Of a stretch of DNA of 64,000 bases, positions 48,227 to 60,866 are shown piece by piece (positions within the stretch are counted from its first letter, which is position 1; each line of letters begins with the position of its first letter). A program made the position numbers and the translations under genes. The notes below the pieces were generated by a model that searched no databases, had not been told where the DNA came from, and saw only the letters and a list, made by a program, of their open reading frames with translations. The stretch is from Mustelus asterias (lineage: Eukaryota), in assembly GCF_964213995.1 (NCBI RefSeq), contig NW_027590122.1, positions 1,178,001-1,242,000 on the forward strand. The letters run 5' to 3'.

Positions 48227-48432
48227 AGGCGAGATTCTCTGGCCTCCACTCAGCAGTTTTCTTGGTGGTGGGAGGCGGTACGTCATTCACTGGCATCAGG
48301 ATTTTCCGGTCCCGCCAGAATGGGAATTCACATTGAAGCCACTCCACACCGCCGGGAATCCCACGGCGGGGGCGCACCATCGGCAGACCCAGAGAATCTT
48401 GCTGGCGTGAACGGCCGGAGAGCTACTGGCCC
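48227..48432. mobile_element. GC-rich MITE-like element with imperfect terminal inverted repeats
   Basis: ggcgagattctctggcc ... ggccggagagctactggccc in AT-rich surroundings. Confidence 0.4.
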
Positions 48433-48892
48433 ATGTTTATTTTCTTCTAATAATGTTCCCACCAAAAACTTACTTGATGTAAAATGCTACAAACTTCAGT
48501 TCATCAACGGCACCTTGAACTATGACTTCTTCATAACCTGCACCATATCCTGCCAAAGTATAAAATACAAACTTTTTTAAAAAACTTCAAATGTGATTGT
48601 CTTGCTGAACTTAGTGTGGACAGGATAACTCTGCATTGACTGGAAACACTAGTCTCCACAAAGTGGATTTAGTAGATAACACAGAATCATAGAATGGTTA
48701 CATCCCTGAAGGAGGCCATTCAGACCCTCAAGTCCATGCTGGTCCTCAATCTTAGCTAGTCACACTCCCCTGCCCATTCCCCCATCATTAAATAAAGGAA
48801 TCACTAAACGTTTTGTATCATGAACAGAAACCTTTAACAAGTCCTTGAAATATAACACACTGTTCAAACTTGGAATGGGACTTATCAAGTTA

Positions 48893-49740
48893 TCAAGAAC
48901 AAAGAAAATTACAGCATAGGGATGGGCCCTTCGGCCCTCCAAGCCAGTGGCGGATTAACTACCACCCGGACCCCTCGGCTGAGCTTTAGTAAGGCCCCCT
49001 GACCTTTCCCCTTGGCCCCTGCCCCACCCTTCATTGAATAGAATAAAGTGACATTAGATAACTTATATCGTTGTACAATGTATAGTGCACTACGTGTATA
49101 ATGTCATAAAGTTACATGAATCAATTACAGCCCTTTTATTCATTTATTTTTCATTTTCTTTAAATTTGTACTTTAAAAAGCTTCCGTGTTTTTTGGTTTA
49201 AAAAAGTGTCGATAACAGCATGTAAGTCAACAGATCGAAGCATGTCTGATTAAATGTGCATGAGTGCCAGATGACTAAGTTTCTCATCGCTCATGGTTGA
49301 GCGCAAATAGATTTTGATCCTCTTCAGTGCCGAAAATGAACGCTCACCTGAACAGTTAGTGATTTATTTTGCTCTCGGGTCCCCCTCCCTTCCGGGCCCC
49401 TAGGCTTAAGCCTACTCAGCCTAATGGTTAATCCGCCACTGCTCCAAGCCTGCACCGACCATGCTGCCTGACTGAACTAAAACCCCTTACCCTTCGGAGG
49501 ACATATCCCTCTGTTTCCATTCTATTCCTGTATTTGTCAAGACGCCCCTTAAAAGTCACTATCGTATCTGCTTTCACTACCTCCCCCAGCAGCAAGTTCT
49601 AGGCACCCACCACCCTCTGTGTAAAAAAATATTTGCCTCGTACATCTCCTTTAAACCTTGCCCCTCGCACCTTAAATCTTTGTCCCCTAGTAATTAACTC
49701 TTACACGCTGGGAAAAAGCTTCTGGCTAACTATCCACTCC
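48893..49740 (-). mobile_element. CR1-type LINE 3' end, interrupted by a hAT element
   Basis: aagaacaaagaaaattacagc..ggcccttcggccctccaagc|ctgcaccgacc..caccctctgtgtaaaa. Confidence 0.8.
48945..49441 (-). mobile_element. non-autonomous hAT DNA transposon (497 bp)
   Basis: Perfect 15-bp TIR cagtggcggattaac, 8-bp TSD ctccaagc, and an internal hAT dimerisation-domain remnant TNCSGERSFSALKRIKIYLRSTMSDEKLSHLALM. Confidence 0.95.
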
Positions 49741-50935
49741 ATTTGGAATTTTTTTTTAAAACTTACCATTAAATGGCACTTGAGGGTGCCACAGGCTTTA
49801 CAGTGTTTCGTGCTATGGTAGTTTCAATCTGAGAGTGCATGCATATAGAGGATTGGGGAAGTGGGGGGGTGCTTGTGGGGACATCGCCAGACAGAGAAAT
49901 GGCTAAGACAAAAAGTAATGGGGCCTGTATTTGATTAATTTCCATGTGCCTAAATAAAAGTTAACAAATTACTGAATACGCAACAAGATTTTTTAAAATG
50001 GCATTTGCACCTCAAGCTCAGGTGACCAGAATTTTGTACCGAAAACAATGCAATCCATGAAAACAATATTAAAACCTATGTATGGCAGCCAACTCCAAAC
50101 TAACTAGTCAATACTGCTGTGCTAAATGGTATTGAACATACACTCACAAAGAATCATTTTAAAAGGTTGAAAAGACATGCATCAAGCTGCAAGAAATATC
50201 TTGGAAACTCTTTCGCTAAACAACAATTTTTTTTAAAATCGAGGGAGGAAGATATTTGAGGAGGAGAGAAAAGGATAGCAATAAATTAGTGACATGTACT
50301 CTGCTGATGTAAGCTAAACAGGAAGGAGGGATTTCCATTTATGCTTCAGGTCCTCAAAATGCCCCATAGCACTTAACAGCTGATTAATTACTTCTGAAGT
50401 ATATACACTAGTGTGTAAGCAAACTCTTCATTCTAGTTGCACATCATCCATTATAATATCTATCAACTGGGCCTCAGGTTATAAGATATTGACAATGTAA
50501 AACCAGCCATGCAGTTTTAAACGATGGTGCAGTGGTTATTTTCCACCAATGTCTTAGCAACCCTTGTAGGCTAAAATTGCATGCATGGTTACTCAGTTAA
50601 AACAATGCAATGTAAAATTACTTCACAACTGGGCAATTATTTCTGTGGGTGAGCTGCAATAAAAGTACTTCTGCAATGGCACTGGCTGCTGGACAACAGC
50701 TGGAAGCATAAACTCCAACCATTTTTGTTCTCTTCGCTAACCTTGAGACAATCTATATCTCTGACTGTTACATCAGTGCATCAGGGATCAGTACAGACCA
50801 GGGGATGAAACTTGAAACCTTCTTTGTGTTTTTAAGGCTCAGCCTTAGGCATTGGTGGAATCTTTAAAAATATTTTGCCAAATTGCGTAATGCTCCATAC
50901 ACAGCTGTCTTTATTATGCGCATCCTGAATGGAAC

Positions 50936-52310
50936 TAAGATAAAAGCAAAATATTGCGGTTGCTGGAATCTGAAACAAAAAACAGAAAATGCTGGAAAAT
51001 CTCAGCGGGTCTGACAGCATCTGTGGGGAGAGAATAGAACCAACCTTTCTAGGCTAAACCCTTTGTCAGAGTTAAGAGCAAATAGAATCAGCAGAGATTT
51101 ATACTATGAGGGTAGGGGGCTGGGGGGGGGGGGTGGGGCTGAAATGGGATAAAGGGAATGTAAATGAGGATGAAGGCGGCTGAGAAAAGTGCTAAAAGTG
51201 TCCATTAAGTGATCAGAATGTGTGAATGGCAAAACAGAGATACAGATGGTTAAGGGACTGCCTGGGGATAGTGGCAGTTGCCCAGAAAGGGAGCTTGGAG
51301 GTGGGGGGCAGGGGGGAGGTGTGTGCAAGAAGAAGAACTGGAAAGGTGACGTGGAAAAATGGAAGTGAGAAAGAAGGATGATAAAATGGATGAATGAAAG
51401 GAAAAGAAGAAACGAAATGAAATAAAATAAGTGGAGGGGACAGTTCACGCTCTCAAGCTGTTGAACTCAATGTTTAGTCCAGAAGGCTGTAAAATGCCAA
51501 ATCGGAAGATTGAGGTGCTGTTCCTCCAGTTTGCGTTGGGGTTCGCTAGAAGATTGCAACAGGCCAAGGACGGACATGTGGACAGGAGAGCAGGGTGGTG
51601 TGTTGAAGTGGCAAGTGACAGGAAGGCCTGGGTCCTGCTTGTGGACGGACCGAAGGTATTTAACGAAGCAGTCACCCACTCTGCGTTTGGTCTCTCTGTA
51701 GAGTACACCACATTGGGAGCAGCGAATGCAATAGGCCAGAATGAAGGAGGTGCTGCTTCACCTGAAAGGGGTGTTTAGGACCTGGAACTGTGAGCAGAGA
51801 GGAGGTAAAGGGTCAGGTGTTGCACCTACTACGATTGCATGGGGAAGTGCTGTGCAGGGAGTGAGGGATTGGGTGTGATGGAGGAGTGGACCAAAATGTC
51901 CCAGAGAGAACAGTCCTTGCGGAATGCTGACAGGGGGAGTGAAGGGAAGATGTGTTGAGCAGTGGCATCATGCTGGAGTTGGCAGAAATGGAGAAGGATG
52001 ATCCTTTGAATGCGGATGCTGGTGGGGTGAAAAGTGAGCCATCTATCCTGGCTCTGGGAGGGAGGGGAGGGGGTGAGAGCAGTAGCCCGGTGGGGTGGGT
52101 CGGATGCGGTTGAGAGTCCTGTCAACCACAGTGGGTGGAAAACCACGATTGAGGAAGAAGACATATCAGCATGCTATTTTGGAAAGTAGCATCATCAGAA
52201 AAGATGCAGCTGAGGCAAAGAAACTGAGAGTATGGGATGGAGTCCTTACAGGATGCGGGGTGTGAAGAGCTGTAGTCAAAGTAGTTGTGGGAGTCAGTGG
52301 GTTAGTAGTA
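50936..52310 (-). mobile_element. second-family Penelope-like element, decayed 3' part
   Basis: LTFHPTSIRIQRIIL, LPVTCHFN, RKLEEQHL..FRFGILQPSGLNIEFN, with a pLTR-type end at 50936-51072. Confidence 0.8.
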
Positions 52311-52314
52311 GACA

Positions 52315-53375
52315 CTAGCTAGTTGGGGTCTGATGTTGCAGATGTATAGAACGTTGGTCGGCCGCATTTGGAATACTGCGTCCAGTTCTGGTCGCCACAC
52401 TACCAGAAGGACGTGGAGGCTTTGGAGAGAGTACAGAGGAGGTTTACCAGGATGTTGCCTGGTATGGAGGGGCTTGGTTATGAGGAGAGATTGGGGAAAC
52501 TGGGGTTGTTCTCCTTGGAAAGACGGAGGATGAGGGGAGACTTAATAGAGGTGTATAAAATTATGAAAGGCATAGATAGGGTGAACGGTGGGAAGCTTTT
52601 CCCCGGGTCGGTGGTGACGTTCACGAGGGGTCATAGGTTCAAGCTGAAGGGGGGGAGGTTTAACACAGATATCAGAAGGACATATTTTACACAGAGGGTC
52701 GTGGGGGCCTGGAATGTGTTGCCGGGCAAGGTGGTGGAGGCGGACACACTGGGAACGTTTAAGACTTATCTAGACAGCTATATGAACAGAGTGGGAATGG
52801 AGGGATACAAAAGAGTGGTCTAGTTTGGACCAGGGAGCGGCGCGGGCTAATTGTTCTTTGTTTCTCGTTTCAAGGCTTCATTCTATGATCATCTTGCTGG
52901 TGCCAGTACAGAGCGAGACTGCGGATAGTTGGGAACCTGTCTCGGGGGCAGGGAATTCAGATGGTGTTCGTAAAGCAGAAGTGGAAATGAATAGGGTTGG
53001 GAAGCATTTTCTGATCAGGGCCAGTGTGATCTCCTGGACTCGTTTCGATCGCCTCAGGGGGTCGGAGAGGAATTTCCCAGATTTTCTTTCCCCCATATTG
53101 GCCCTGGGGTTTTCACTCTGGGTTTTCGCCTCTCCCTGGAGATCACATGGTCTGGAATGGGGGGGTGGGGGTGAGTTAATAGGTTGTGATGAACAAAGCA
53201 TCGTAGCTGTGAGGGACAGCTCGGTGGATAGGATATTAGGATGTAGATAGGCTGGAAAATTGGGCGGGGTTCCTGGATTCAGGATTCAATCCTGGACCGG
53301 GGAGCGGCGCGGGCTTGGAGGGCCGAAGGGCCTGTTCCTGTGCTGTATTGTTCTTTGTTCTTTGTTCTTTGTTTG
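52315..53375 (+). mobile_element. CR1-type LINE 3' part with long 3' UTR
   Basis: EYCVQFWSPHYQKD..RRRMRGDL and a (ttctttg)n tail. Confidence 0.9.
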
Positions 53376-53379
53376 TTTT

Positions 53380-55560
53380 TTACCATCAGTATCATTTCAT
53401 GTCCCCTTTGCTCTCTTCATTTAAGTTTGGTCTTGCACATTCTATACTCCTTCAGGTCTTCTATTATCTTGTGCCCTCGATGTCTTCCACAAGCCTCCCT
53501 TTTACTCTTAATTCCTCCATATGGTATATTCCTCCATATGCAGGATTCACTCGATTAAAATTTCCCATCGCTTTACTCTTTTGGAACATGTTAATCCTGA
53601 AGTCTCCCTGTTTCCATTATCAACACTGTTCCGCCACAGATTTACATAAATGTGCCTGCTCCGAGTCTATTCTGATTAAAATCGGAATAGACTCGGGTCT
53701 GAACTGATCTGATTAAAATCACTTTGATTTCCGGCCAATACCTGTCCTTCTCCACAAGAATATTGAATCTATCTGAGTTGTGATTGCTGTCTGCCAAATG
53801 CTCCCCCACTAATACTTCAATCACATGCCTGGGGTCCTTACCTGAAAGTAATTACAGGACCTTCTATGGCCTGGTTTAATGCTTCCAATGGAAGCATTTT
53901 GAGGAGAGTTCTGTTCGCTCTCAAACTTGAACACCATAACCTTGAACACCTTAACGTTGGGGAAGCTGAAATCCCCCACTATTCCTGACGTATTTCTTTT
54001 ACACTTCTCGGACAATTGCCTACAAATCTGCACTTATACTTTTCTCAGCCTGATAGAATCATAAAATCCCTACAGTGCAGAAGGAATTCATCAGTCCATC
54101 AAGTCTGCACTGACTCTCGGAAGCGGCGTGCCACCCAAACCCCCTCCCCTGCAGCTAATCCCCATAACATCACACATTTGTCCTGCGTAATCCAGCTAAA
54201 CTACGCATGTTTGCACACTAAGGAACAACGTTGCATGATCAATCTGCACAACTCTGGACTGTGTGAGGAAACTGCAACATCGGGAGCAAGCCGTTGCAAA
54301 CACAGGAGGACGTAAAATCTCCACACAGACTGTCACCCAATTTAACCTGGTTCCCTGGCGCTATGAGGCATCAATGCTAATCACTGGGCCATCGTACCGT
54401 CCTCTAAAATGGCTTGGTAAGCCTTATAATATGTCATCTCTCCTTACTGCTGGAAACGATTTCCTGATGCCCCTCCACTTTCACCACCTTCCTCAAATGT
54501 TGATCTTCCGACCCTACCCCTCTCTCAATCATGTCACAGTGACATCAATGATAGCACACCCCCATGTTTTAATTTCAGCCTCCACTCATCTGCTTTGTTC
54601 GTGTACGTCAGAGTCCATGTGTTAATATAAATACAATCCAATCTTGCCAAATTCCCTTCTGCATTAACGGGAAATTCTATATCTTCCTCACCGAATCGTT
54701 TCGTTTTCTAAATTAGGCAATATCTCCCGCAAAACCTTCTCTCGCGGTTCCACTTTCCTACCAGGTTAATTTAAACTCTCCTCAACAGCATGAGCCGGTG
54801 CATGAGCAAACCTCCTTGCAAAGACGTTGGTTCCATTTCATTTCAGCTCCTTCAGCCTTGCTCCGGATGCACCGTTCCCAGAGGTGGTCCCAATGTCCCA
54901 GAGGTCTAAAATCGTCCTTTCTGAATCAAGTCTGTAGCCATGGATTTGACTGACCTTTTTATTTCTAAATTCACTAACATGTGGTACCGGAATTAATCCA
55001 AAAATTGCTACCGTATTTCTGCTTGTACGACCTCACCACTTTTTGCACTATTATCACTGCTACCAGTATGTACCACGCTTTCTGTCTGTTTGCCCTCCAG
55101 TTTCAGAATGCTCTGCAGCCGTCTATCTCTGGTATATGGGAGGAAACATATCATCCTAAAGTCTTTTTTGGGGTCCCAACGAAGCTTGTCTGCGACCCTT
55201 ACAATTGAATTTCCTACAGCTAGAGCACTGCCCTACTACTTCCTCTCCCCTGTTGTGGAGAAGACGCACCCTTGGTGCCATGGAGTTGGCTGCCACTGAT
55301 TTCCCCTACAAATCATTTTCCCAAACGTATTCAAAACGTTGTACCTGTTAGAAAAGGGGCTAGCTTTAGGGGACTTCTGCACTACTTGCTTTCCTTCAGT
55401 CTGCCTGGTGGGCATACATGTCTTTCATGTGTGTTACATCTTCACCTGCGCTGTGAACACTTCACTGAACGTGCTATCCATGACTTGCTTTAGAAGCACG
55501 GATACTCCACAGTGAATCCACCATCAGCTCCAGCTGCGAAATCCGGTTAGACAATAGATG
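53380..55560 (-). mobile_element. old CR1 5' region (ORF1 esterase-like and ORF2 endonuclease remnants) with an HE1 SINE at about 54055-54400
   Basis: IVGDFSFPNV (endonuclease GDFN-like), SDHN-like DSNHNS, and FRPLGHWDHLW..NGTNVFARRFA (ORF1). Confidence 0.6.
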
Positions 55561-56937
55561 CATTTAGACGCGCTTCCTGCCAAAACAATTGTGGAAAATT
55601 TGTACTGTAGTCAAGACAAATAATTCTGAAAGGGATTGGTGCAGAATCATGCATTGGATTCCCTGTTAAAGGTGGAGTGGAAGCTTTGTTCGAAACTGTC
55701 ATTTGGAAAGCCTTGTCTGGATATCGAAAAACAAAGAGCGAAGGGAAAACATTACGATGAGAAAACATTTTAAAACGGGTTTTCTGGGAGAGAAGCTTGA
55801 AAGCTCTCATGTGACAATCATTTGGGGCATTCAGAGGAGAAAAACTCAAGCTTTAACTTGCTCCCAGACCGGAGACTGTGTATTTTACAACAGTCGATCT
55901 CTGTAATTCAAGAGAATTTGTGGTAGTGAGAACATTGTAGCTTCAGATGATCATTGTAATCCGTCTTACTCATGAAATCTCTGTGCATTTATAAACTAAG
56001 AGGGGAATAAATTGACATTGTCCATCAATCCAACTTTTCACGTTTAATATAGTTTCCTTGTTAAAACTAATTCCTGGTACTGTGATACTGCTCCTCCACG
56101 TTTTATGGACAAAAAGAGTAAAACTTACGATATTTGAGCAATGGTTTCTTTCTGGGATCTGGCCATCCAGTTATGCCATCAACTCGCATCATAACAAACA
56201 GAACAAAACAAACATTTTACCTTCCTTTCCATTGCAAGAGATCTCAAGTTTCAGCAACTTGTTGCTCCCAACACTGCTCAAAAATCTTCGCCTCTTTCTC
56301 TTCTCTGCGAGGAGAATCTTTTTCTGGATTCTCGTGCCTTTTCATCGACCGTTTTAAATTTCCCAACTCACCCCGACAGCTTTCTTTTGAAAAACTGCCT
56401 CAGTTTCATTACTTTAGGACCCTGCCTCAGTGCCCATCGATCATCGCTGATTGAACTGAGGGTGGTGTGGAAAAGCCGCTGTGAAATGTACCAAACGTGA
56501 TGAAGATTCAGACCTTAAGTACAGCCCGCAGTCTGCTTAGACCACTCGTTGCTTTAATATCCTGTCCAGGACTCAGAACACACCTAGAATAGGATGGTAA
56601 AGAGAACACAATGTTGTTTCAATCCCCCAAGGCGTGCATTCTTTCTGAGAAAAGATGTGTTTGAGACAGCAGTCCCATTTCGGTTGTAACCCATTGTAAT
56701 GATGCCTTACTTATATCAAATGATAACCCATCAACCCCTGCCCCCTCCCTCACCGCCTTCCTGTTGTGAGGAAATTACATTACACCAACTTAGCATTAGC
56801 CACGGGCATGTAAACAAATAAGTTATGATCGTTATTGTCAGCTTCATCTCAGCTACATTGGGACATATGCCAATGAGTATTTTATTTGAAGGATAAATCA
56901 AGTTTTGGTAGCATTGTGTAAATGTTGCCAAATGCTA

Positions 56938-57860
56938 GCCACGGTGGCAGAGTGGTTAGCCCTGTTACCTCACAGCAGCAGGCACCGGGATCGATTCCCA
57001 GCTGGGTCACTGCCTGTGTGGAGTTTCCACATTCTCCTCGTGGCTGCGTGTGATTCCTTTGTGTGCTTCGGTTTCCTCCCACAGCTGATTATGTTGATTG
57101 GTCATGCTAAATTGACACTTAGTGTCAGGGGGATTAGCAGGGTAAATAGGAGGGGTTATAAGAATATAAAAGCAGGGATGTCTTGATGCAGGGCATTGGT
57201 GAGGCCGCAGCTGGAATACTGTGTGCAGTATTGGTCCCCTTATATGAGGAAGGATATATTGGCATTGGAGGGAGTGCAGAGAAGGTTCACCAGGTTGATA
57301 CCGGAGATGAGGGGTTTGGATTATGAGGAGAGGCTGAGGAGATTGGGTTTGTACTCGTTGGAGTTTAGAAGGATGAGGGGGGATCATATGGAGACTTATA
57401 AGATAATGCGGGGGCTGGATAGGGTGGAGGCGGAGAGATTCTTTCCACTTAGTAAGGAAGTTAAAACTAGAGGACACAGCCTCAAAATAAAGGGGGGTCG
57501 GTTTAAGACAGAGTTGAGGAGGAACTTCTTCTCCCAGAGGGTGCTGAATCTCTGGAATTCTCTGCCCACTGAGGTGGTGGAGGCAACCTCACTGAATATG
57601 TTTAAAGCGCGGATGGATGGATTCCTGATCGGTAAGGGAATTAAGGGTTATGGGGATCAGGCGGGTAAGTGGCACTGATCCACGTCAGATTAGCCATGAT
57701 CTTATTGAATGGCGGGGCAGGCTCGAGGGGCTAGATGGCCTACTCCTGCTCCTATTTCTTATGTTCTTATTATTCTTATAAGGTTAGGGCTTGAGTGGGA
57801 TTGTTGTTGGTGCATACTTGATGGGCCGAATGGCTTTCTCCTTCGCTGTATGATTCTACG
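56938..57860 (+). mobile_element. HE1-type SINE split by a CR1 insertion
   Basis: SINE 5' part at 56938-57160 and 3' part at 57783-57860, with ttataag at both junctions. Confidence 0.8.
57160..57780 (+). mobile_element. CR1-type LINE 3' end
   Basis: 160-aa ORF2 C-terminus VRPQLEYCVQYWSP and a (ttcttat)n tail. Confidence 0.92.
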
Positions 57861-58669
57861 TTCAAACAGCCGCTAAATATTTTCACAGTGTCAGAGAATC
57901 ACAGAGAGTACACTAGCCCAATTCGTTCTCCGAGTTTGGACGTGCTTGTGGCGTTTGCTCGTCTCAATAGGTGAGGAGAATTGGTTTGAGGGGATGCAAA
58001 TTATTCTTATCAACAAAAACCTCTTTTGTCAGACCGCAGTAGGGAGAGGGAGAATTCGGCAGAGTGCAAATCATCATCCGCTTCAGGAATTAGAGGTCAA
58101 TAAGAGGATGTAAAGCATACTTTGTGCTGTGGAAAACCAGTCAGGGATAGTGTGCTGACCACTCTCCTGCGACGATAGGTGATGAGTGTGGTTTGTATCA
58201 ACTTGAAGTAAATGCACAACAGCTGAGATTGCTCTCTACACAGCCAATAACGTAATACACTGTGCAGACAAAAAAAATGAGGGGGTTGAATAAGCATGAA
58301 AAGACAGTGAAAGATAAACTATCACTTTTGAAACCGCTCAAATAGCAAGGGGCACCTTGTGTTTGAAAGGATGGCAGAAAGCTGGGTTTGTACAGCGGAT
58401 CAATCATGGCACAATGGTATTGAAGGATTGGTAGCTCTCCTCTGTTTACTGAACAAGCACGATCCGATGACGACTGTGTTTCCAACAACACACAAGTTTG
58501 ACATCAACAGGAAAAGTAATTCATCCATATACATCAGCATTCAGTGCCTCCACCTTTTTCTCACAGTGGCAGCAGTGTGCAGCATCTGCAATTTCCATTG
58601 CAGCCATCTAAAAAGTCCCCATGGACAGCACCATTCAATTTTGTGCCTTCTGTATTTTCGAAGGACAAG

Positions 58670-59611
58670 ACATCCCCTTACCTCCATTCTTTGCTTTCTG
58701 TTCGTTAACCAATCCTCTGTCCATGCTAATACATTACCCGTAACACTGTGCACCTTTATCTTCTGTAGCAGTCTTTGGTGCAGCACCTTGTCAAATGCCT
58801 TCTGGAAATCCAGATACACCACATCCACAGGTTCCCCATTGTCACTGCACATGTAATATTCGCAAAGAATTCCACCAAATTAGTCAAACATGGCCTGCCC
58901 TTTATGAACACATGCTGCGCCTTACCAATGGGACAATTTATATCCAGATGTCTCGCTATTTCTTCCTTCATGATGGATTCAAGCATTTCCCCGACTACAG
59001 CCGTTAAGCTAACTGGCCTATAGTTGCCTGCGGTTTGTCTAGCTCTTTTTTTAAACAGAAGTGTCACATTTGTTGTTTGTTTTCCAATCTGCGGGAAGCA
59101 CCACAGAGTCCAGCGAATTTTGGTAAATTACCACGAGGGCATTTGCTATTTCTTCCGTCATCTCTTTTAGTCCCCTCGGATGCATTTCATCAGGACCAGG
59201 AGACTTGTCTACCTTGAGCCCCATTAACTTGCCCAACACAACCTCTTTCGCGAGAATGATAGCTTCTAGTTTCTCACCTGCCATAGCCTTCCTGTCATCA
59301 ATTTTTGGCATGTTATTTGTGTCTTCCACTATGAAGACCGACACAAAGTACCTCAGCCGTTTTCTCATTTCCAGTTATTACATCCCCCTTCTCGTCCTCT
59401 AAAGGACAAACTTTTACTTTAGCAACTGTTTTTCGTTTCATATATTTGTGGAAACTTTTGCGATCTGTTTTTATATCCTGAGCGAGCTTACTCTCATAAT
59501 CCATCTTACCTTTCTTTATAGCTTTTTTCGTGGCTTTCTGCTGACCTTTAAAGATTTCCCAATTCGCACTAATCTTTGCCACTTTATATGTATTTTCTTT
59601 CAATTTGACAC
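58670..59611 (-). mobile_element. CR1-type LINE internal RT fragment
   Basis: DKSPGPDEMHPR, NYRPVSLT, VDVVYLDFQKAFDKV. Confidence 0.88.
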
Positions 59612-59951
59612 TGTAGCGGGATCCCTCTTTTTAACTCCACTGGGCTTATTTTAGGTTGGGTTCTCCGTCACCCAAACCCCACCAATGCCCGAGTGATTCT
59701 CTCTCTTGCCGATGAAACAATGGCCACCTTGCGTCTACTTCACTAGAGTAGCGCTCCCAAGAGAGAGAAAAGGAAACTGCTGCCTATCCACTACCTGGCA
59801 GCCTTTCCTGAGTGGGTGGTTTCGAAGCCCCCAGGGTACCCTCAGTTCTAGACTCCGGAATTATGGTAAGGAATATTTATATTGTGACTTAGTCAGAGAT
59901 CATTGGTGAGAAATTGAAAAGATCAAAACGGACTCCAACGGAAGTCAAAGA

Positions 59952-59984
<33 letters not shown>

Positions 59985-60866
59985 TTATTAAAACATCAAG
60001 GTCAAAGGTCGCCAAACACCAGGAAAACAACACACCATGCCTTATGCTCTATAAGACTATAAGCTATGGAAGGAATACTAAGACGGACACCTCGAAATTC
60101 TTACTTTATACAAGTTTACCAGTGTCTTAAACTATGAAAGGTGCATGCAAAAGCCCCCCCACTTTCCCCAAAGCCTCATCCACTATGATGATCTCGGGAA
60201 CTTCGCGAATTACCAGGGGATACTCACAATCCTAGTTTAAATTGCTCAGTGGCTTCAGGCTGCGTACTGGAGGCGACCGAGTGGAGAGTGCTGTCATGCT
60301 GGTCCGAAGTGAAAAGAGAGAGAGATGGCCGACGTGACCATCCTTTTATATTGTAAACTTGAATTCTTTTTCCAGCCAACTCCGCCCCCCTTCCAACCGG
60401 CAGTTTCCACAGACAAAGGCTTGCTCGCTATTTGCAGCTGTGATCTTACAGTCCATAGAGACCAGATGGTCCCATCCCAGGTGATATGTCCCTTGCTGTC
60501 CTGTATTGTTCCATCGGAGATCGTTTAATTGTTTTCCCATTAGGGAAATGGGCTTCTCCTCGCTCTGGGACAAGGCCATTATCACCTGTATTGAGTCCAG
60601 ACCAGATGCATTGTCTTGCTGCCGGCCTAGTCTGGTGATGTCGTGAGGTTCTTTTTGTGCTGCTGATAACCGAATCAGCAGTCTGTCTGGTTTCTGGCTG
60701 CTTGCAATTTTTGGACTGGGCCCCTTCACACACACACACACAGGCTGGCTGGGCTCACTGACCAGGTCAAGTCCTGCAGTCAAGTGTAGCTACTTTCACA
60801 GTTCTTTAGGGTTCAAGTCCTTTTCCAAGCTCATGAAAAAGGCCTGAGTTGCCCGAAAAACTTACA
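59612..60866 (-). mobile_element. solo LTR (about 1255 bp)
   Basis: TGTA..TACA termini. On the - strand there is TATAAAAGG (about 60342-60350) and AATAAA (about 59984-59989) next to (AT)n. It interrupts CR1 sequence on both sides. Confidence 0.7.

Noticed and set aside
56470-56570. Possible tRNA-Leu relic on the - strand (gagtggtctaag)
   Set aside because: Only short patches align, and there is no B box or cloverleaf.
57884-58264. Isolated CACAGTG, ACAAAAACC, CACTGTG and an octamer ATGCAAAT
   Set aside because: The heptamers and nonamer are not at 12/23 spacing, and no V, D, J or snRNA sequence is recognisable.
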